A DNA stretch of 48,338 bases from Deltaproteobacteria bacterium (GCA_040218735.1 JAVJQW010000005.1:1-48338), one strand, 5' to 3'; counted from the first letter of the stretch, positions 30,823-39,968 are shown. Translations and numbers: made by a program. The notes: generated by a model from the sequence alone, not told the origin.

Positions 30823-33267
30823 ATGAAAGCTTCGCTCAAGTGGATCAAGGAGATCCTCCCGTCCCTCAAGGCCGCACCCGCGGCGATCGAGAAGCGCTTC
30901 AACGCGGTCGGCCTGGAGGTCGAAGCCGTGGAGCGCCAGGCCACGCCGCTCGACGGCGTGATCGTCGGCGAGGTGAAGAAACTCGTCGCGCACCCCGACG
31001 CCGACAAGCTCCGCATCGCGTCGGTGTTCGACGGTGACAAGACCCACCAGGTCGTGTGCGGCGCGCCGAACGTGAAGGAGGGGCAGCGCGTCGCGTTTGC
31101 GCCGGCCGGCCTCACGCTCCCGAACGGCATCACGCTCGAGGAGCGGAAGATCCGCGGCGTCGAAAGCTCGGGGATGATCTGCTCCGAAGCGGAGCTTCAC
31201 ATCTCGGACGATCACGAGGGCATCCTCGTTACGAAGCCGCGCGCGAAGGCGGGGCGGCCGCTGTCGAAGGTCGAGGGGCTCGACGACGTCGTCTTCGAGC
31301 TGGGCGTCACGCCGAACCGCCCCGATGTGCTCTCGCACTTCGGGCTCGCGCGTGAGCTCGCCGCGATCTTCGGGTTGGACCGGCCGAAGGCGTCGGTGCG
31401 CGTGCGGGAGTCGGGCGGCGACGCAAAGGCGAACGCGAGCGTGAAGATCGTCGACAAGCGCTGCGAGAAGTACGCGGGGCGCGTGGTGCTCGGCGTGAAG
31501 GTCGGGCCGTCGCCGACGTGGGTGAAGCGCCGGCTCAAGCAGCTCGGCATCCGTTCGATCTCCAACGTCGTCGACGCGACGAACATCGTGTTGATGGAGC
31601 TCGGTCACCCGCTGCACGCGTTCGACCTGCACAAGCTGAAGGGCGGGCGCATCGTGGTGCGCGCCGCGAAGGACGGCGAGAAGATCAAGCTCCTCGACGA
31701 CAGCGAGAAGACCCTCGTCGCGGACGACCTGGTGATCGCCGACGCCGAAGTGCCGGTCGCGCTCGCGGGCGTGATGGGCGGCGGGGACTCAGAGGTGGGC
31801 GACGAGACCGTCGACATCCTGATCGAGTCGGCGGTGTTCGATCCCAAGAGCGTGCGCAAGACCGCGCGGCGGCACGGTCTGCACACCGAGGCGTCGCACC
31901 GCTTCGAGCGCGGCGTGGACGCCGAGATGTGCGAGGTCGCGCTGGACCGGTGCGCGCAGCTGATCGTCGAGCTCGCGGGCGGGCAGATCCTGAAGGGGCG
32001 GCTCGTGGACGAGAAGGGGTCGCGCAAGCCGATCGTCGTGCCGATTCGTCCGGAGCGCGCGTCGATGTTGATCGGGCAGCCCTTCGACAAGAAGGAGGTC
32101 AAGGCGTCGCTGACGGCGCTCGGGCTCCGCGCGGTGAAGAACCCGTCGGCGGGCAAGAAGAAGAAGAAGAGCGACCGGTACGCGGACGCGATGTACTTCT
32201 CGGTGCCGAGCTGGCGCCTCGACCTTTCGCTCGAGGAGGACCTCATCGAGGAGGTCGGCCGGCTGCACGGCTACGACAACATCCCGGCGATCATGCCGCC
32301 GGGGCGGCGCGAGCCGTTCACCGAGGCGCTCCCGGTGCAGCACGAGCGCGCGGTCCGCGACGTCCTCGTGCGCGAGGGTTACGCGGAGTGCATCTCGCTC
32401 GCGTTCGACTCCGAGCGCGACGCGGAGGTGATGGGGCTGGACCTGTCGCAGGCGGTGACACTCGCGAACCCGCTCGGCGAGGAGTCGCGGGTGATGCGGA
32501 TGTCGCTGGTTCCCGCGCTGCTCCGCGCGGCGCGGTTGAACCAGGACAACCTCCCGAGCCTCACCGACCTGTCGCTCTTCGAGGTCGGTAAGACGTTTGC
32601 GTGGGGCAAGCCGTCGGGTGAGCTGCCGAACGAGGCGCTGCGCATCGGCATCTTGCTGCGTGGTCGGCGCGCGCCGGTGTCGTGGACCGAGAAGGGGACG
32701 CCGGTCGACGCCTACGATCTGAAGGCCGCCGTGGAGGCGGTGCTCGATCACTATCGGGTCGCCGGGGTGAAGTGGCTGGCGCACGAGGCGTCGTGGCTGC
32801 ACCCGCGCTCGGCGACGCGGCTCGACCACGAGGGCCGCACCCTCGGTGTGTTCGGCGAGGTGCACCCGGCGGTCGCGGAGCACTACGGGCTGGAGGGGAC
32901 CCCCGCGTTCGTCGCGCAGCTCGAGCTCGACGCGATCTTGAAGGTCGCGGGGGCGCCGGTTCGGTTCGCGCCGCTGCCGAAGCTGCCGCCGGCGCAGCGG
33001 GACCTGTCGTTCTTCGTGCCGGAGGCGATGCAGGCGGGCGACGTCCTCGAGCGCATCCGGGGCGCGGACGTCGCGCACCTGGAGGGGGTCGAGCTGTTCG
33101 ACGTGTACGCCGGGAAGGGCGTGCCGGACGGGAAGAAGAGCTTGGCGATCTCCCTGGTGTTCCGCGCGCAGGACCGCACGCTGACCGACGCCGAGGTCGA
33201 CGCGGACTTCAACGCGCTCATCACGCTGCTGGGGACGCTCGACGGCGTCACCGTCCGGACCGCGTAA
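30823..33267 (+). CDS. pheT: phenylalanine--tRNA ligase beta subunit
   Basis: ATG at 30823; HPDADKL, VCGAPNV, TPNRPD.LS, RFERGVD, DLIEEVGR..GYD, RDLSF, LFDVY.G, RTLTD.EV. Confidence 0.98.
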   Translation: MKASLKWIKEILPSLKAAPAAIEKRFNAVGLEVEAVERQATPLDGVIVGEVKKLVAHPDADKLRIASVFDGDKTHQVVCGAPNVKEGQRVAFAPAGLTLPNGITLEERKIRGVESSGMICSEAELHISDDHEGILVTKPRAKAGRPLSKVEGLDDVVFELGVTPNRPDVLSHFGLARELAAIFGLDRPKASVRVRESGGDAKANASVKIVDKRCEKYAGRVVLGVKVGPSPTWVKRRLKQLGIRSISNVVDATNIVLMELGHPLHAFDLHKLKGGRIVVRAAKDGEKIKLLDDSEKTLVADDLVIADAEVPVALAGVMGGGDSEVGDETVDILIESAVFDPKSVRKTARRHGLHTEASHRFERGVDAEMCEVALDRCAQLIVELAGGQILKGRLVDEKGSRKPIVVPIRPERASMLIGQPFDKKEVKASLTALGLRAVKNPSAGKKKKKSDRYADAMYFSVPSWRLDLSLEEDLIEEVGRLHGYDNIPAIMPPGRREPFTEALPVQHERAVRDVLVREGYAECISLAFDSERDAEVMGLDLSQAVTLANPLGEESRVMRMSLVPALLRAARLNQDNLPSLTDLSLFEVGKTFAWGKPSGELPNEALRIGILLRGRRAPVSWTEKGTPVDAYDLKAAVEAVLDHYRVAGVKWLAHEASWLHPRSATRLDHEGRTLGVFGEVHPAVAEHYGLEGTPAFVAQLELDAILKVAGAPVRFAPLPKLPPAQRDLSFFVPEAMQAGDVLERIRGADVAHLEGVELFDVYAGKGVPDGKKSLAISLVFRAQDRTLTDAEVDADFNALITLLGTLDGVTVRTA

Positions 33268-33305
33268 AACCGCAAGCGAAACGAGGGCTTGTCGAGCGGG
33301 GTGCC

Positions 33306-33334
33306 TTGACGGCGATCGCGGCCGGGGGCAGACT
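33306..33334 (+). promoter_or_regulatory. putative sigma70-type promoter for merR-ihfA
   Basis: TTGACG-N17-CAGACT upstream of the ATG at 33350. Confidence 0.45.
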
Positions 33335-33349
33335 ACCTCCCATCCGTTC

Positions 33350-34015
33350 ATGAACGGGGAGAACCAAGGGGGGCAGGTGTTCGACGCGGATGTGGCCCTG
33401 AAGGCGGTGCGGTCCGACAGCGACCAGCTCGACCTCATCTCGAGGTCCGGCCGCCCCACATCCTCGGCTGACGAGGGCCGTCGAGACACGGACCTCATGC
33501 CCGGGACCGAGGACACCCTGCTCCCGGAGCCGCTCGCAGGGGACGCGACGGAGGGGCCGACCGACGCGGTCGAGGCCGCCGACGCCCGCGAGGGTTCGGA
33601 CGAAGATCCCACGGAGACGATCGACGACCCGCGCATCCCGCCGAACCAGCAGTTCTTCAAGATCGGCGAGGTCGCGGAGATCGTCGGGGTGAAACCGTAC
33701 GTGCTGCGCTACTGGGAGAACGAGTTCTCCTGGGTGAAGCCGGAGAAGACCAGCTCGCGGCAGCGCCGTTACCGCCGGCAGGACGTCGCGGTGCTCCTGC
33801 AGATCCGGCGCCTGCGGTACGACGAACAACTCACGGTGGCCCGCACGCGCGAGCTGATCCGCGACAGCCGACGCAAGGGCTCGGGGGGCGGACTGCCCAC
33901 GAGCTACAGCGTCCAGCCGCCGCCGATCACGCAGACGCCGCTGGGCGTGAAGAACGAGCTTCGCGAGATGCGAACGATCCTGGAAGGGCTCCTCGAGGCG
34001 GCCCAGCGAGATTGA
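33350..34015 (+). CDS. MerR-family regulator (ihfA-associated type) with a long acidic N-terminal extension
   Basis: IP...FFKIGEVAEIVGVKPYVLRYWENEF...P.K....RRY...DV.....IR.L.Y. Confidence 0.88.
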   Translation: MNGENQGGQVFDADVALKAVRSDSDQLDLISRSGRPTSSADEGRRDTDLMPGTEDTLLPEPLAGDATEGPTDAVEAADAREGSDEDPTETIDDPRIPPNQQFFKIGEVAEIVGVKPYVLRYWENEFSWVKPEKTSSRQRRYRRQDVAVLLQIRRLRYDEQLTVARTRELIRDSRRKGSGGGLPTSYSVQPPPITQTPLGVKNELREMRTILEGLLEAAQRD

Positions 34016-34054
34016 AAGACGCTCCGCGCGGCGGGGTGAGAAGGTAAGACGACG

Positions 34055-34384
<330 letters not shown>

Positions 34385-34430
34385 CGCGGGTGTTTGACCG
34401 TACCCGCGAGTCGGGCTAATCGACTCCTTC

Positions 34431-34874
34431 ATGGCGACGCACTCGGTCGAGAGCTACGAACTGGACTTGCCCGAAGGGTGGAGCACGCGCCTTTTGACGG
34501 TGATGGCTCCGATCGAGAAGGTCGGTTTCAAGAACGCGAACTACCCCGTTCACATCGCGATCGGTCTGTCGTCGTTCAAGCGAGGCCAGAGCTTCGAAGC
34601 CTGGGCGCAAGAGCAGCTCGACGAGCTCGAGCAGCAGCTCAAGGGCGTACGCATCCTCGCGCAGGAGCCCTTCACCGCGAACGGCGTCGAGGGGCAGCTC
34701 GCCGAGTACACGCACCTGTCGCCGGACGGGCAGATGCTCCGTCAGCTCATCGTCTTTTTGCCGTGCGGGAAGAAGGGGCTGTCGGCGTCGGTCGGGGATC
34801 TCATGGGCCCGCGCTTCGACAAGATGCGGCCGGGGTACCTCGAGATCCTCGAGTCGCTCCGGATGAAGCCCTAG
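34431..34874 (+). CDS. DcrB/DUF1795 (PsbP/Mog1-fold)-like protein
   Basis: LDLPEGW start, amphipathic helix FEAWAQEQLDELEQQL, beta strands with LRQLIVF, C-terminal helix ILESLR; possible promoter TTGACC at 34394. Confidence 0.65.
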   Translation: MATHSVESYELDLPEGWSTRLLTVMAPIEKVGFKNANYPVHIAIGLSSFKRGQSFEAWAQEQLDELEQQLKGVRILAQEPFTANGVEGQLAEYTHLSPDGQMLRQLIVFLPCGKKGLSASVGDLMGPRFDKMRPGYLEILESLRMKP

Positions 34875-34895
34875 AGGATCTCGAGAGGCCGCGCC

Positions 34896-36620
34896 TCAGG
34901 AGAGCAGACCGGACGCCGTGCGCAGATCCGGGATGCCCTGTTTCGACACGCCGATCTCCAGCGGGTCGTGGCCGCGGCGCCGTGCGGTGACCGCGTAGCC
35001 GGTGTCCGTCGCGCGGCTCTTGCCGGTCTTGGCCTCCGGGGCCAGGCCGGCGAGGAGCGCCTTGACGACGTCCACGGCCTGCGAGCGACCGACGTCGATC
35101 TTCAGGGAGTCGACGTCCACCGCGCCGTCGTCGCGGACGTTCACGGTCATGCGGCCGACGCCGGAGAAGATGCCTCCGACGAGGTCCATGCTGACCGAGA
35201 AACCTTCCTTCGTGGCGCGCGCGCGGACGGCGGACGGCGAGGGCGGCTCGGCGCCTCCGTCGACGAAGCGCGGGATGATCGTCCCGAGCGTCTGCTGCGC
35301 GAGCTTCTTGCCGATGGCGCGGGCGTCCTTCTTGTCGATGCGGGCCTTGTCACCCGTGGCGCGTGCCTCTTCGACGTTGCTCCGGACCTTCTCGATCTTC
35401 TTCGCGAAGGTCTGGCCGGCGGGGGAGGCGGCGGCGTCCGCGGGGGACTCCACGATGGCGGCCATGAAGGCGCGCATGTGCGGGTCGATCGCGCCGGCGT
35501 TCTCGCCGAGGCGCTCCTGGTGGAGGGCGGCCCGCAGGTACATGTCCGCGTGGTTGCGCGCGAACGCCTCGTCGCCGGGGCTCTCGATCGCGTCCGGCGC
35601 GAGCATCTGCTCCGCGAACTGGAACAGCTCGGACTGGACGAACGCGAAGTTCGCGTCCTGCTGACCGTCCACCGGGCCGAAGTTCTCGGCGACGCTGGAG
35701 CGGACCGCCGACCAGACGGTGTCGGGGGACAGCGCGGCGGCCTGCAGCTCGAAGAGCGTGGCCTTGAGCTCGGACGCGCTCTGCGGCTTGGCGGCATGCT
35801 GCTCGAGGAGCGTCTGGACGCCCGCCGCGTAGTTGTCCACGCCGGCGAACACGGCCGCGAGGTCCGCGTTCGGCGCGGCGTCGCCGCGCAGCTTGGCGAG
35901 GGTGGTCATCACGTCGACGTGTTGCTTGGCGAGCCCGACGACGTCGTCGACGCTCTTGGCTTCGACGAGCTTCTCCGGCGACAGGGTCGACAGCGCGAGG
36001 CGCGACTCGTCGTCGACCTCCGCCCCCGCCTCGCTGTTGATGCCGTGGGCGCCGACCTTGCGGTCGAAGTTCTTCGCGATGGCGTTGGAGACCGGCTTGG
36101 CGGCGAAGAGCTGGTAGAGGACGGTCGCGGCGAACAGGTACGGCGTCAGGAAGAAGCCGCCCGCGAGGACACCCAGCTGGGCGCCGGCGACGGCCACGGT
36201 CTGACCCGCGCGAACGAAGCCCGCGCCCTTGGCGGCGGCGTTGCGGGGGCCGATCATCTGGGCCCGGTAGGGCTCGACGGTCGACACGCGGAAGTCGTCG
36301 TTGAAGCGCCCCGACTGCCGGAGCTGGTCGAGGAAGTCGCGCTCGATGCGCGAGAGCTTCGGACCGATGAGGGTGGTGAGGGTGTTCCACTCCGGCTCGG
36401 TGAGCGAACCCGCCTTGCCGTTGAGGTACTCGGCGAAGCGGCCCATGACGGGGTGCTCCGCGCGCAGCGCGATGGCCTGGGTGTGCAGCTTGCTCGCTGC
36501 GAAGTGCTGGCGTTCCGCGTCGGTGAGGCCAGGCTCACGGGTGAGGTTCTGGCTCGTATCTCCGAGGTTTCGAAGATGCGCGTCGAGCATCAAAGTGCTG
36601 TCGAGGTCCCTGAGCGCCAT
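34896..36620 (-). CDS. hypothetical 574-aa alpha-helical protein with an internal hydrophobic hairpin and no signal peptide
   Basis: ATG with GGAGA upstream; strong native codon bias; hydrophobic segment VAVAGAQLGVLAGGFFLTPYLFAATVLYQLFAA. Confidence 0.8.
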   Translation of the reverse strand: MALRDLDSTLMLDAHLRNLGDTSQNLTREPGLTDAERQHFAASKLHTQAIALRAEHPVMGRFAEYLNGKAGSLTEPEWNTLTTLIGPKLSRIERDFLDQLRQSGRFNDDFRVSTVEPYRAQMIGPRNAAAKGAGFVRAGQTVAVAGAQLGVLAGGFFLTPYLFAATVLYQLFAAKPVSNAIAKNFDRKVGAHGINSEAGAEVDDESRLALSTLSPEKLVEAKSVDDVVGLAKQHVDVMTTLAKLRGDAAPNADLAAVFAGVDNYAAGVQTLLEQHAAKPQSASELKATLFELQAAALSPDTVWSAVRSSVAENFGPVDGQQDANFAFVQSELFQFAEQMLAPDAIESPGDEAFARNHADMYLRAALHQERLGENAGAIDPHMRAFMAAIVESPADAAASPAGQTFAKKIEKVRSNVEEARATGDKARIDKKDARAIGKKLAQQTLGTIIPRFVDGGAEPPSPSAVRARATKEGFSVSMDLVGGIFSGVGRMTVNVRDDGAVDVDSLKIDVGRSQAVDVVKALLAGLAPEAKTGKSRATDTGYAVTARRRGHDPLEIGVSKQGIPDLRTASGLLS

Positions 36621-36672
36621 TGAAGTGTGTCTCCCCGTACAATCCTAGACCCAGCGCAGAGGCGCCGCATAC

Positions 36673-36696
36673 GAAAAGAGCGGCACGAGGCCGCTC
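36673..36696 (-). terminator. intrinsic terminator-like hairpin between the 121-aa and 574-aa genes
   Basis: 7-bp stem GAGCGGC/GCCGCTC (36678-36696) with a 5-nt loop, followed by TTTTCG on the minus strand. Confidence 0.65.
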
Positions 36697-36764
36697 CCAT
36701 CGAAACCGATTGTCGTTGCGCGCGCCGGGAGTCGAGCTCACCGGCGCTGCGCATCGGCACGTTC

Positions 36765-37130
36765 TCAGCTGTTCGCCTTGAACTCGCCCTTCACGGCCTG
36801 GTACGCCGTGTTGAGGCCGGAGACCGCACCGGCGGTGATGAGCAGACCACCACCGACGATGGCGCCAGCGCCCGCGGCGTAGTGGAGCGCCGGGTCGGCG
36901 GCCGCGTTCGGGCCGAAGCTGATCTCGCCGCTGTTGAGCTTGCCGATGTGGTCGACACCCCAGTCAGCCGCGAGGTAACCACCACCGATGGCCGCCGCTT
37001 CGACGGTCAGGCGGGGCGCCTTGCCAACGATCGCGCCGACGGCGCGGAACGGGGCCTCAGCGGCACCCTCGAGGCGGTTGGCGACGTTCCCGAAGCTGTA
37101 CTTGTTGTTGGTGCTGTTCTGAATGGCCAT
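36765..37130 (-). CDS. small Gly/Ala-rich hydrophobic protein (121 aa), unknown function
   Basis: RBS AGGAGA; GGT/AAC-rich codons suggest high expression; polar N-terminus MAIQNSTNNK; glycine-zipper-like segments. Confidence 0.8.
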   Translation of the reverse strand: MAIQNSTNNKYSFGNVANRLEGAAEAPFRAVGAIVGKAPRLTVEAAAIGGGYLAADWGVDHIGKLNSGEISFGPNAAADPALHYAAGAGAIVGGGLLITAGAVSGLNTAYQAVKGEFKANS

Positions 37131-37248
37131 GGCTTTATCTCCTGGTGGTTTGGTTGATGACCCGCTCTCTCCGGGCCTGTGAATCTGCGATCAGAATCTC
37201 TCTTCGCTCGGTGTGGCTTTCTGCCCACCATGTCTCGAAGTTACCTAC

Positions 37249-37276
37249 ATTATCGGGGAGGGTGGGGGAGCGTTGC
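37249..37276 (-). promoter_or_regulatory. sigma-28 (FliA/WhiG)-like promoter GCAAC-N15-CCGATAAT
   Basis: -10 CCGATAAT matches the sigma-28 GCCGATAA box with the typical 15-bp spacer; about 120 bp upstream of the 121-aa gene. Confidence 0.65.
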
Positions 37277-37439
37277 GTACATTCCGCTACACCCGCGCTT
37301 TTTTTCGGGGACCGGCGCGTGCGGAGGAGACGCAATGGCCGAGAAAGCTTGGACAAAAGGCCCGTTTCGCGGCGACGCGAAAGAGGCGATCTTTTTTTTC
37401 GGAGGGGCGTGGGGGCGGCCGAAGCGCGGCCGCGAGGTG

Positions 37440-39170
37440 TTATTCGGCGCTGGCTTGGGCGGCCTTGGCGGCCGGCTCGACCTCACCCGGCAGGGACGGG
37501 GTGGGGAGCTTCTCGATCTCGGCGATGGTCGGCCGCTGGAACTCGATGGCGGCCACGGTGGCGCGCTCGAGGCTGTCCGGGAAGAGGCCGAAGAAGAACA
37601 GCAGGACGGTCACGGGGACCAGCACCAGCTTCGCCATCCCGTCGGTGGGGATGGGCGTCGGGTCGTCCGGCTTCTCGAGGAACATCTTCCGGACCACGCG
37701 GAAGTAGTAATACAGCGAGATGGCGCTGTTCACGACGGCCGCGATGCCGAGCGCGTAGAAGAGCCCGGAGCCGGACAGCGCGCAGTTCGCCTTCGCCATC
37801 ATCCCCATGTTCGCCACGACGTCCGGCGCGCAGCGCGCGAGCGGCTCGAAGTCGAACGCACGCTCGAGGGCGGCCGCGAAGAGCTTGTACTTCGCGATGA
37901 AGCCGGCGAGCGGCGGGAGCCCCGTCAGCGAGACGAAGCAGAGCGTCAGCACGATGCACACGAACGGGTTCCGCGTGCCCATGCCCTTGTAGTCCTCGAT
38001 CAGCTCGCTGCCGGTCTTCTCGCGGACCCAGATGACCACGTAGAAGCTGCCGATGTTCATGACGAGGTAGACCGCCATGTACAGCAGCACACTCGCCGCG
38101 CCGGTGCGCGAGAACGCCGCGAGCCCGATGAGCGCGTAGCCCGCGTGGGCGATCGACGAGTAGGCGAGGAAGCGTTTGATGTTCGACTGCCCGATCGCGG
38201 CGAGGTTGCCGAGGGTCATCGTCGCGATCGACACGACGATGACGAGCACCAGCCAGGGCAGGGTGCTGATGTCGACCAGGAGGTTGTTCGCGAACGACGC
38301 CTGGTCCGAGAAGCCGACCACGAAGAACCGCAGCAAGACCGCGAATCCGGCCGCCTTCGGGCCCGTGGAGAGGAACGCGGTGAACGGCGTCGGCGCGCCC
38401 TCGTAGACGTCCGGGCTCCACATGTGGAGCGGAACGGCGGCGATTTTGTACGCAAAACCGCTGAACGCGAGGATCATCCCGGCGGTCAGGGCGGGGGGCA
38501 TCGACGCGAGCTTGTTGAGGTCGCCGAGGCTCACGACGGCGGCCTCGGACGCAAAACGCATCACCTCGGTGTTGATGAGCGACAGCTGCGTCTGGCCGGT
38601 GATGCCGTACAGGAGCGAGAAGCCGAACACCATCACGCCGGACGCGGCGCCGCCGTAGATGACGTACTTGAGCGCGGCTTCGGCGCCCTTGCGGTCGTGT
38701 TTCCGGAAGCCCGCGAGGACGTAGGACATCAGCGAGACGAGCTCGACCGCGATGAACATCATCGCCAGATCCGAGGCCGAGGCCATCAGGATCATGCCGA
38801 GCACGAGCGCGACGAACATCGAGTAGTACTCGCCGCTGGTGGCGACCTCGATCTCGTCGCTCTTCAGGCTGACGAGGATGCCGAGCAGGCCCGCCAGGCA
38901 CGAGAAGACCCGGAAGAAGTCGACGAACGGGTCGAGCACGACCATCCCCGAGAAGACCGTCGCGCGCTCGCCGGCGCCCAACAGGGACAGCACGAGCGCG
39001 CCCACCAAGAGCGCGGCCGCGAACGCCGCGGGGCGTCGCACGGTCTTGGCGGGCTTCGCGAAGGCCTCGAAGACCAACAGGATCGCGGCCCCGAAGCCGA
39101 GCAACAGCTCGGGAAGCATGAGCGATGCACCCGCGTAGTAACGGGTGACGTCCAGGACCTGGCCCTCCAT
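37440..39170 (-). CDS. nuoN: NADH-quinone oxidoreductase subunit N
   Basis: ELVSL.SYVLAG, EAALKY, FAYKIAAVPLHMWSPDVYEGAPTP, GNLAAI.Q.NIKR.LAYSSIAHAGY, SLTGLPP.AGF..K, ISLYYY; start probably the ATG at 39170. Confidence 0.93.
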   Translation of the reverse strand: MEGQVLDVTRYYAGASLMLPELLLGFGAAILLVFEAFAKPAKTVRRPAAFAAALLVGALVLSLLGAGERATVFSGMVVLDPFVDFFRVFSCLAGLLGILVSLKSDEIEVATSGEYYSMFVALVLGMILMASASDLAMMFIAVELVSLMSYVLAGFRKHDRKGAEAALKYVIYGGAASGVMVFGFSLLYGITGQTQLSLINTEVMRFASEAAVVSLGDLNKLASMPPALTAGMILAFSGFAYKIAAVPLHMWSPDVYEGAPTPFTAFLSTGPKAAGFAVLLRFFVVGFSDQASFANNLLVDISTLPWLVLVIVVSIATMTLGNLAAIGQSNIKRFLAYSSIAHAGYALIGLAAFSRTGAASVLLYMAVYLVMNIGSFYVVIWVREKTGSELIEDYKGMGTRNPFVCIVLTLCFVSLTGLPPLAGFIAKYKLFAAALERAFDFEPLARCAPDVVANMGMMAKANCALSGSGLFYALGIAAVVNSAISLYYYFRVVRKMFLEKPDDPTPIPTDGMAKLVLVPVTVLLFFFGLFPDSLERATVAAIEFQRPTIAEIEKLPTPSLPGEVEPAAKAAQASAE

Positions 39171-39224
39171 GCGCGGCGAGCTATAGCCACATCGCAAAGG
39201 CCATGGCAACGATTGTCGAAGGGT

Positions 39225-39512
39225 TCAGTCGGAGCTCGTCGAGGCCTTCTTGGTGTCCGACCCCGAGCTGCTGGAGCTGGTGCTGCTCGACGTGGAGCTG
39301 CTGCTGTCCGAGGTCTTCTTCCCGCCCGACGAGGCGCCGTAGCCGTCGGCGTACCAACCGCCCCCTTTGAGAGCGAACGACGAGCTCGAGACGATGCGCT
39401 GGAGGGCGTCCTTGCCACATTTGGGGCAGGTGACCAGCGGGTCGTCCGAGATCTTCTGGTTGAACTCCTGCTCGGTTTGGCAGGCGGTGCACTCGTACTC
39501 GTAGATCGGCAT
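39225..39512 (-). CDS. FmdB-family zinc-ribbon protein
   Basis: MPIYEYECTAC...CPKCG...FALKGGGWY.DGY with a Ser-rich tail. Confidence 0.93.
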   Translation of the reverse strand: MPIYEYECTACQTEQEFNQKISDDPLVTCPKCGKDALQRIVSSSSFALKGGGWYADGYGASSGGKKTSDSSSSTSSSTSSSSSGSDTKKASTSSD

Positions 39513-39542
39513 CGCGGGCGGGCCTCCTAACCTGGACGGCGC

Positions 39543-39575
39543 CTTGACGTAAAGACGGAGGCTCGCTAGGTCAAG
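39543..39575. promoter_or_regulatory. symmetric overlapping divergent sigma70-type promoters
   Basis: + strand TTGACG-N17-TAGGTC; - strand TTGACC-N17-TACGTC; lies between two divergent genes. Confidence 0.5.
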
Positions 39576-39579
39576 CCAA

Positions 39580-39855
39580 GTGTCCGAGAAGCTCGTCGTT
39601 TACCAGGTGATGAACTTCGACCGCGAAGAGCTGTTCTACGGCACGACGGCGCTCGAGCTGGACAAGGAGATCGAGAAGATCGCCCGGAACACCAGCGGGC
39701 CGGCGCGTGAGTGGAAGAAGGGCGACGTGGTCTCCTGGCGTCCGCTGACGGACAAGCTCGATCCGGCGGGCGCGCACATGCTCCACCGCGAGTTCGAGCA
39801 GGGCACGCCCCCGAACAAGTTCAAGGTCATCCCGACCTACGAACGAAAGCCTTGA
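39580..39855 (+). CDS. small hypothetical protein (91 aa) with a GIY-YIG-like N-terminal pattern
   Basis: VVY-x10-FYG-TT pattern; native codon bias. Confidence 0.7.
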   Translation: MSEKLVVYQVMNFDREELFYGTTALELDKEIEKIARNTSGPAREWKKGDVVSWRPLTDKLDPAGAHMLHREFEQGTPPNKFKVIPTYERKP

Positions 39856-39895
39856 CGAAAGACTTCGCATTCACCATATCTCCCCGTCCTCAGAC

Positions 39896-39968
39896 GGTGC
39901 CGTCGCCAAGTTGGTAAGGCATAGGTTTGCAAAACCTACATTCACCGGTTCGAGTCCGGTCGGCACCT
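39896..39968 (+). tRNA. tRNA-Cys (GCA), CCA end not encoded
   Basis: Acceptor GGTGCCG/CGGCACC with U discriminator; D arm GCC-AAGTTGGTAA-GGC; anticodon arm TAGGT-TTGCAAA-ACCTA; T arm ACCGG-TTCGAGT-CCGGT; TTGACG at 39852 may be its -35. Confidence 0.97.

Noticed and set aside
32153-32172. AAG run encoding KKKKK in pheT as a possible frameshift site
   Set aside because: Frame stays intact and PheT motifs continue; likely a loop insertion
36709-36735. Second sigma-28-like promoter (TCGAC-N14-ACGACAAT) for the 574-aa gene
   Set aside because: Mismatched boxes, short spacer, and it would fire straight into the terminator hairpin
37131-37245. Riboswitch in the leader of the 121-aa gene
   Set aside because: Small hairpins only; no aptamer consensus that I recognise
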